A DNA stretch of 64,000 nt from the human T2T-CHM13v2.0 reference genome, Homo sapiens. Positions 60,501-64,000 of the stretch are shown here, one piece after another. The translations under genes and the position numbers were made by a program. Where the stretch lies: the NCBI RefSeq assembly GCF_009914755.1, contig NC_060940.1, one strand, 5' to 3'. The notes beneath the pieces were generated by a model that did not search any database, was not told where the DNA came from, and worked only from the letters and a program-made list of their open reading frames with translations. Position 1 is the stretch's first letter; each line of letters starts with the position of its first letter.

Positions 60501-62510
60501 GGGGGAATGGGGACGGGAGGGGGGTCAGGAATGGGCTTCTCGAGAGAAGTGACATTTGGTCAGAGGCCCAAGAGCGGGAATTGATCCTGGCCCTCCCTGA
60601 ATCAGTGTGGTGTGACCCCTCCCGCCAAGGTGAGGGTAGCAAGGTGCCTGGGGCTGGAATCCTGGGGCTGTGGCCCGTACAGTCGCCCGGGACCCATGCC
60701 CAGCAGGGCCCTGCACCCGGAGTTTAACACTGAGGTCCCCACCTTGAAATTCCTAATCATTGAGTCTTTGTAACTTGTGTTAGGGAGTCCAGCGAGACAA
60801 TGGGGTATGTGCGGGGTCTTTGGAGCTTCAGCCCATGCACAGACACGTCTCTCTGTTCCTCGACTCCTAGCATGCTCTCACCTGCCTGCCCCAGAGACCA
60901 AGCCCCACCTGGCCCCTTCGTCACCCCGAGGTGGCGACTGGGTTGTGCTGAAGGAGGGAGGCCCACACGCCACCACTGCCCTCTGACCCGTCAGGGGCCC
61001 CGAGGGCCTGGTTGGTCAGGGCTGGGCACTCCACCCACCCCGGATGACAGCACCAGGCTCATGTGCCAGGTGACTCAGCCAGGGCCACTCACCAGCGCCA
61101 CCTGGTATGTCCTGGGTGGCGGCCGCTGTGCCTGCTCCTATCCACCATGGTTGGGCACTGGCTGGGAAGAGAGGTGACCACCAGGCCCTAATAGCAGGAG
61201 TCACCCACACAACCCTTGTACCCAGCCCTGGGGTCCAGGCCGCCTGCACCGGCTCAGTTCTGCGCCTGAGCTCCCAGCTCTGGGGTCCAGGCCACCTGCA
61301 CCGGCTCAGCCCTGCACCCGGGCTCCCAGTGCTGGGGTCCCCCACCCCTTGGTGTTGCCGCATCCTCCCTGGGCCCAAGATTCCTGGAGCTGGAGAACCC
61401 CCTTCCTCCCTGAGGCATGGAGACTGGGCTGGTCCTGAGCCCACTCCAGGCACAGGGGACACACCTGCTTCCTTCTTAACTGAGTAGAGCAGAGTTATTT
61501 TGAAGATCGGTTTTCAGCAGGACAGTAAAAAGGCGAACTGGGAGATTGTTCATGCAGCAGCTTCTAAAACCAGTTTTTAGATAAATGCACCTTCGTCTGT
61601 GGGGGGTGGCCGCACCCAGCCTCGCTTCAGGTGCCTGACGGGGTACGTGCTGCGTTCAGTCCCAGGCAGGTGTAGGGCTGGGCAGGTGGAGATGCGGTGC
61701 CCTCGCTCAACCGGGGTCTAGGCTCCTCGCCGGGCGGGGTTCACCTGCTATCCCCAGTGTGTGGGGGCGGGGGTGTGGGGTGAGGGAGAAGAGTGGGGCA
61801 CTGAGTCTAAACATAGGCTGTGGCCTGTAGGTGAGGGGAGGCGGCAGCAAGGAGGGGGAGATCAACTCCTGAAGAGACTCCGTTTCTAACACGCCGGGAG
61901 CCCTGCGCTTTGTCATGGAAACTGGCAAGAGTCCCTCTCCATCCCTCCCTACTCCCAGAAACAAGATGGTCCCAGGCTAACGGGCTTCTCTCTGGCCTGG
62001 CCCTGCTCCCAGACCCCCGCTGAGGGTGGTAAACACCCCAGCCGCGCCCTTGGCAGGGGTTCCGTCCCAGGGGCCTCCCTGTTCTCACTGTGAGGGTGGG
62101 CATGATGGGCAGCTTTGCGGAGCCTCCTCAGCACAGAGCCGCACATGACGGGGGTGGACAGACTGTGGCCCCACAGCCGTCCATCACTTTCATCCTGTAT
62201 TGGGGGAGAACGGGGCTTGCTTGAGGTCTGTCCTGGATATTCGTAATGCTGGCATTGACGGGGCCAGTGAAGGCTCTGATTGGTGCGGGTGACGAGGACA
62301 CAGTCGCAGCAGGCGTAGACCACCAGAGCAGGGTGTCCACGTGGCTGGCCACGTTTAGTTGATAAAAGTGGCATCTATAAATGGGTGGTGGTGCGGAATG
62401 GGTGGTTGATTAAATGGTATTGGGCCGCTCAGGTGGCCATTGGGGAAAGGTAAAGCTGGATCCCTACCTCATACCAAAATTATTCTAGGTGGATAAAAAG
62501 TTTAAATGTA

Positions 62511-62805
<295 letters not shown>

Positions 62806-63174
62806 GTTTAAATGTAAAACATAATAAAAGCTGGTTTCCTTACTGCATAAAACACTTCTACAAATCGACAAGAAAAAAAAATCAACCGCACTCTTAATAA
62901 CAGAAATGTAAATTAAAACTACAAGGAGATAATGCTGGGTTTCACTTGTCTTGGGAGAGATTTAAAAAAAAAAACTGATCTACTGAATTACAGAAGATGC
63001 GAGGAAACAGACCCCCTCGTGCTTTGCTCGTGGGGGTGTAAATGTCCTCCCTGGAGAGAAAATTGTGAATCTCTAGCAAAGTTCAGACCCCAGGAACATT
63101 TAAACTGCAGCTTTAATTCAACAGCGGCACTTCTGGAAGTATCTTCTGAAGATGGATTTGTGTGTGAAATATCA

Positions 63175-63604
<430 letters not shown>

Positions 63605-63698
63605 TTATTTAATAAATAAATAGAATAAGAAAGCTGTGTTTGCTGATATGGAACAATCTCCAAGATACAGTGTTAAGTTAAAAAAAAAAACAAAAACA

Positions 63699-64000
<302 letters not shown>

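Overview
This is human (primate) genomic DNA, GC-rich and Alu-dense, lying inside the junctophilin-3 gene (JPH3, + strand; from recall, chr16q24). The only supportable coding sequence is the 778-nt JPH3 exon 2 (33892-34669), which encodes MORN repeats, the joining region and the start of the alpha-helix. The rest is about 34 kb of intron 1 and 29 kb of intron 2. It holds about 30 Alus, a near full-length decayed Tigger1, MaLR LTRs, old L1, MIR and MER fragments, a 49-bp VNTR of about 24 copies, and microsatellites. The HDL2 CTG repeat and the other JPH3 exons are not visible here. Nearly all other ORFs in the track are Alu, VNTR or GC-rich noise. Best leads, all hypotheses: (1) an in-frame stop at the exon-2 donor plus a nearby UGUA/AATAAA that could give a soluble N-terminal JPH3; (2) Alu architecture favouring an exon-2 circRNA with a junction-spanning 324-codon ORF; (3) a near-canonical REST/NRSF RE1 site in intron 2; (4) a two-domain VNTR whose unit is stop-free on the antisense strand; (5) tightly apposed or nested inverted Alus and a non-Alu 74-nt hairpin. 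Repeat subfamily calls and boundaries were made by eye and are approximate.
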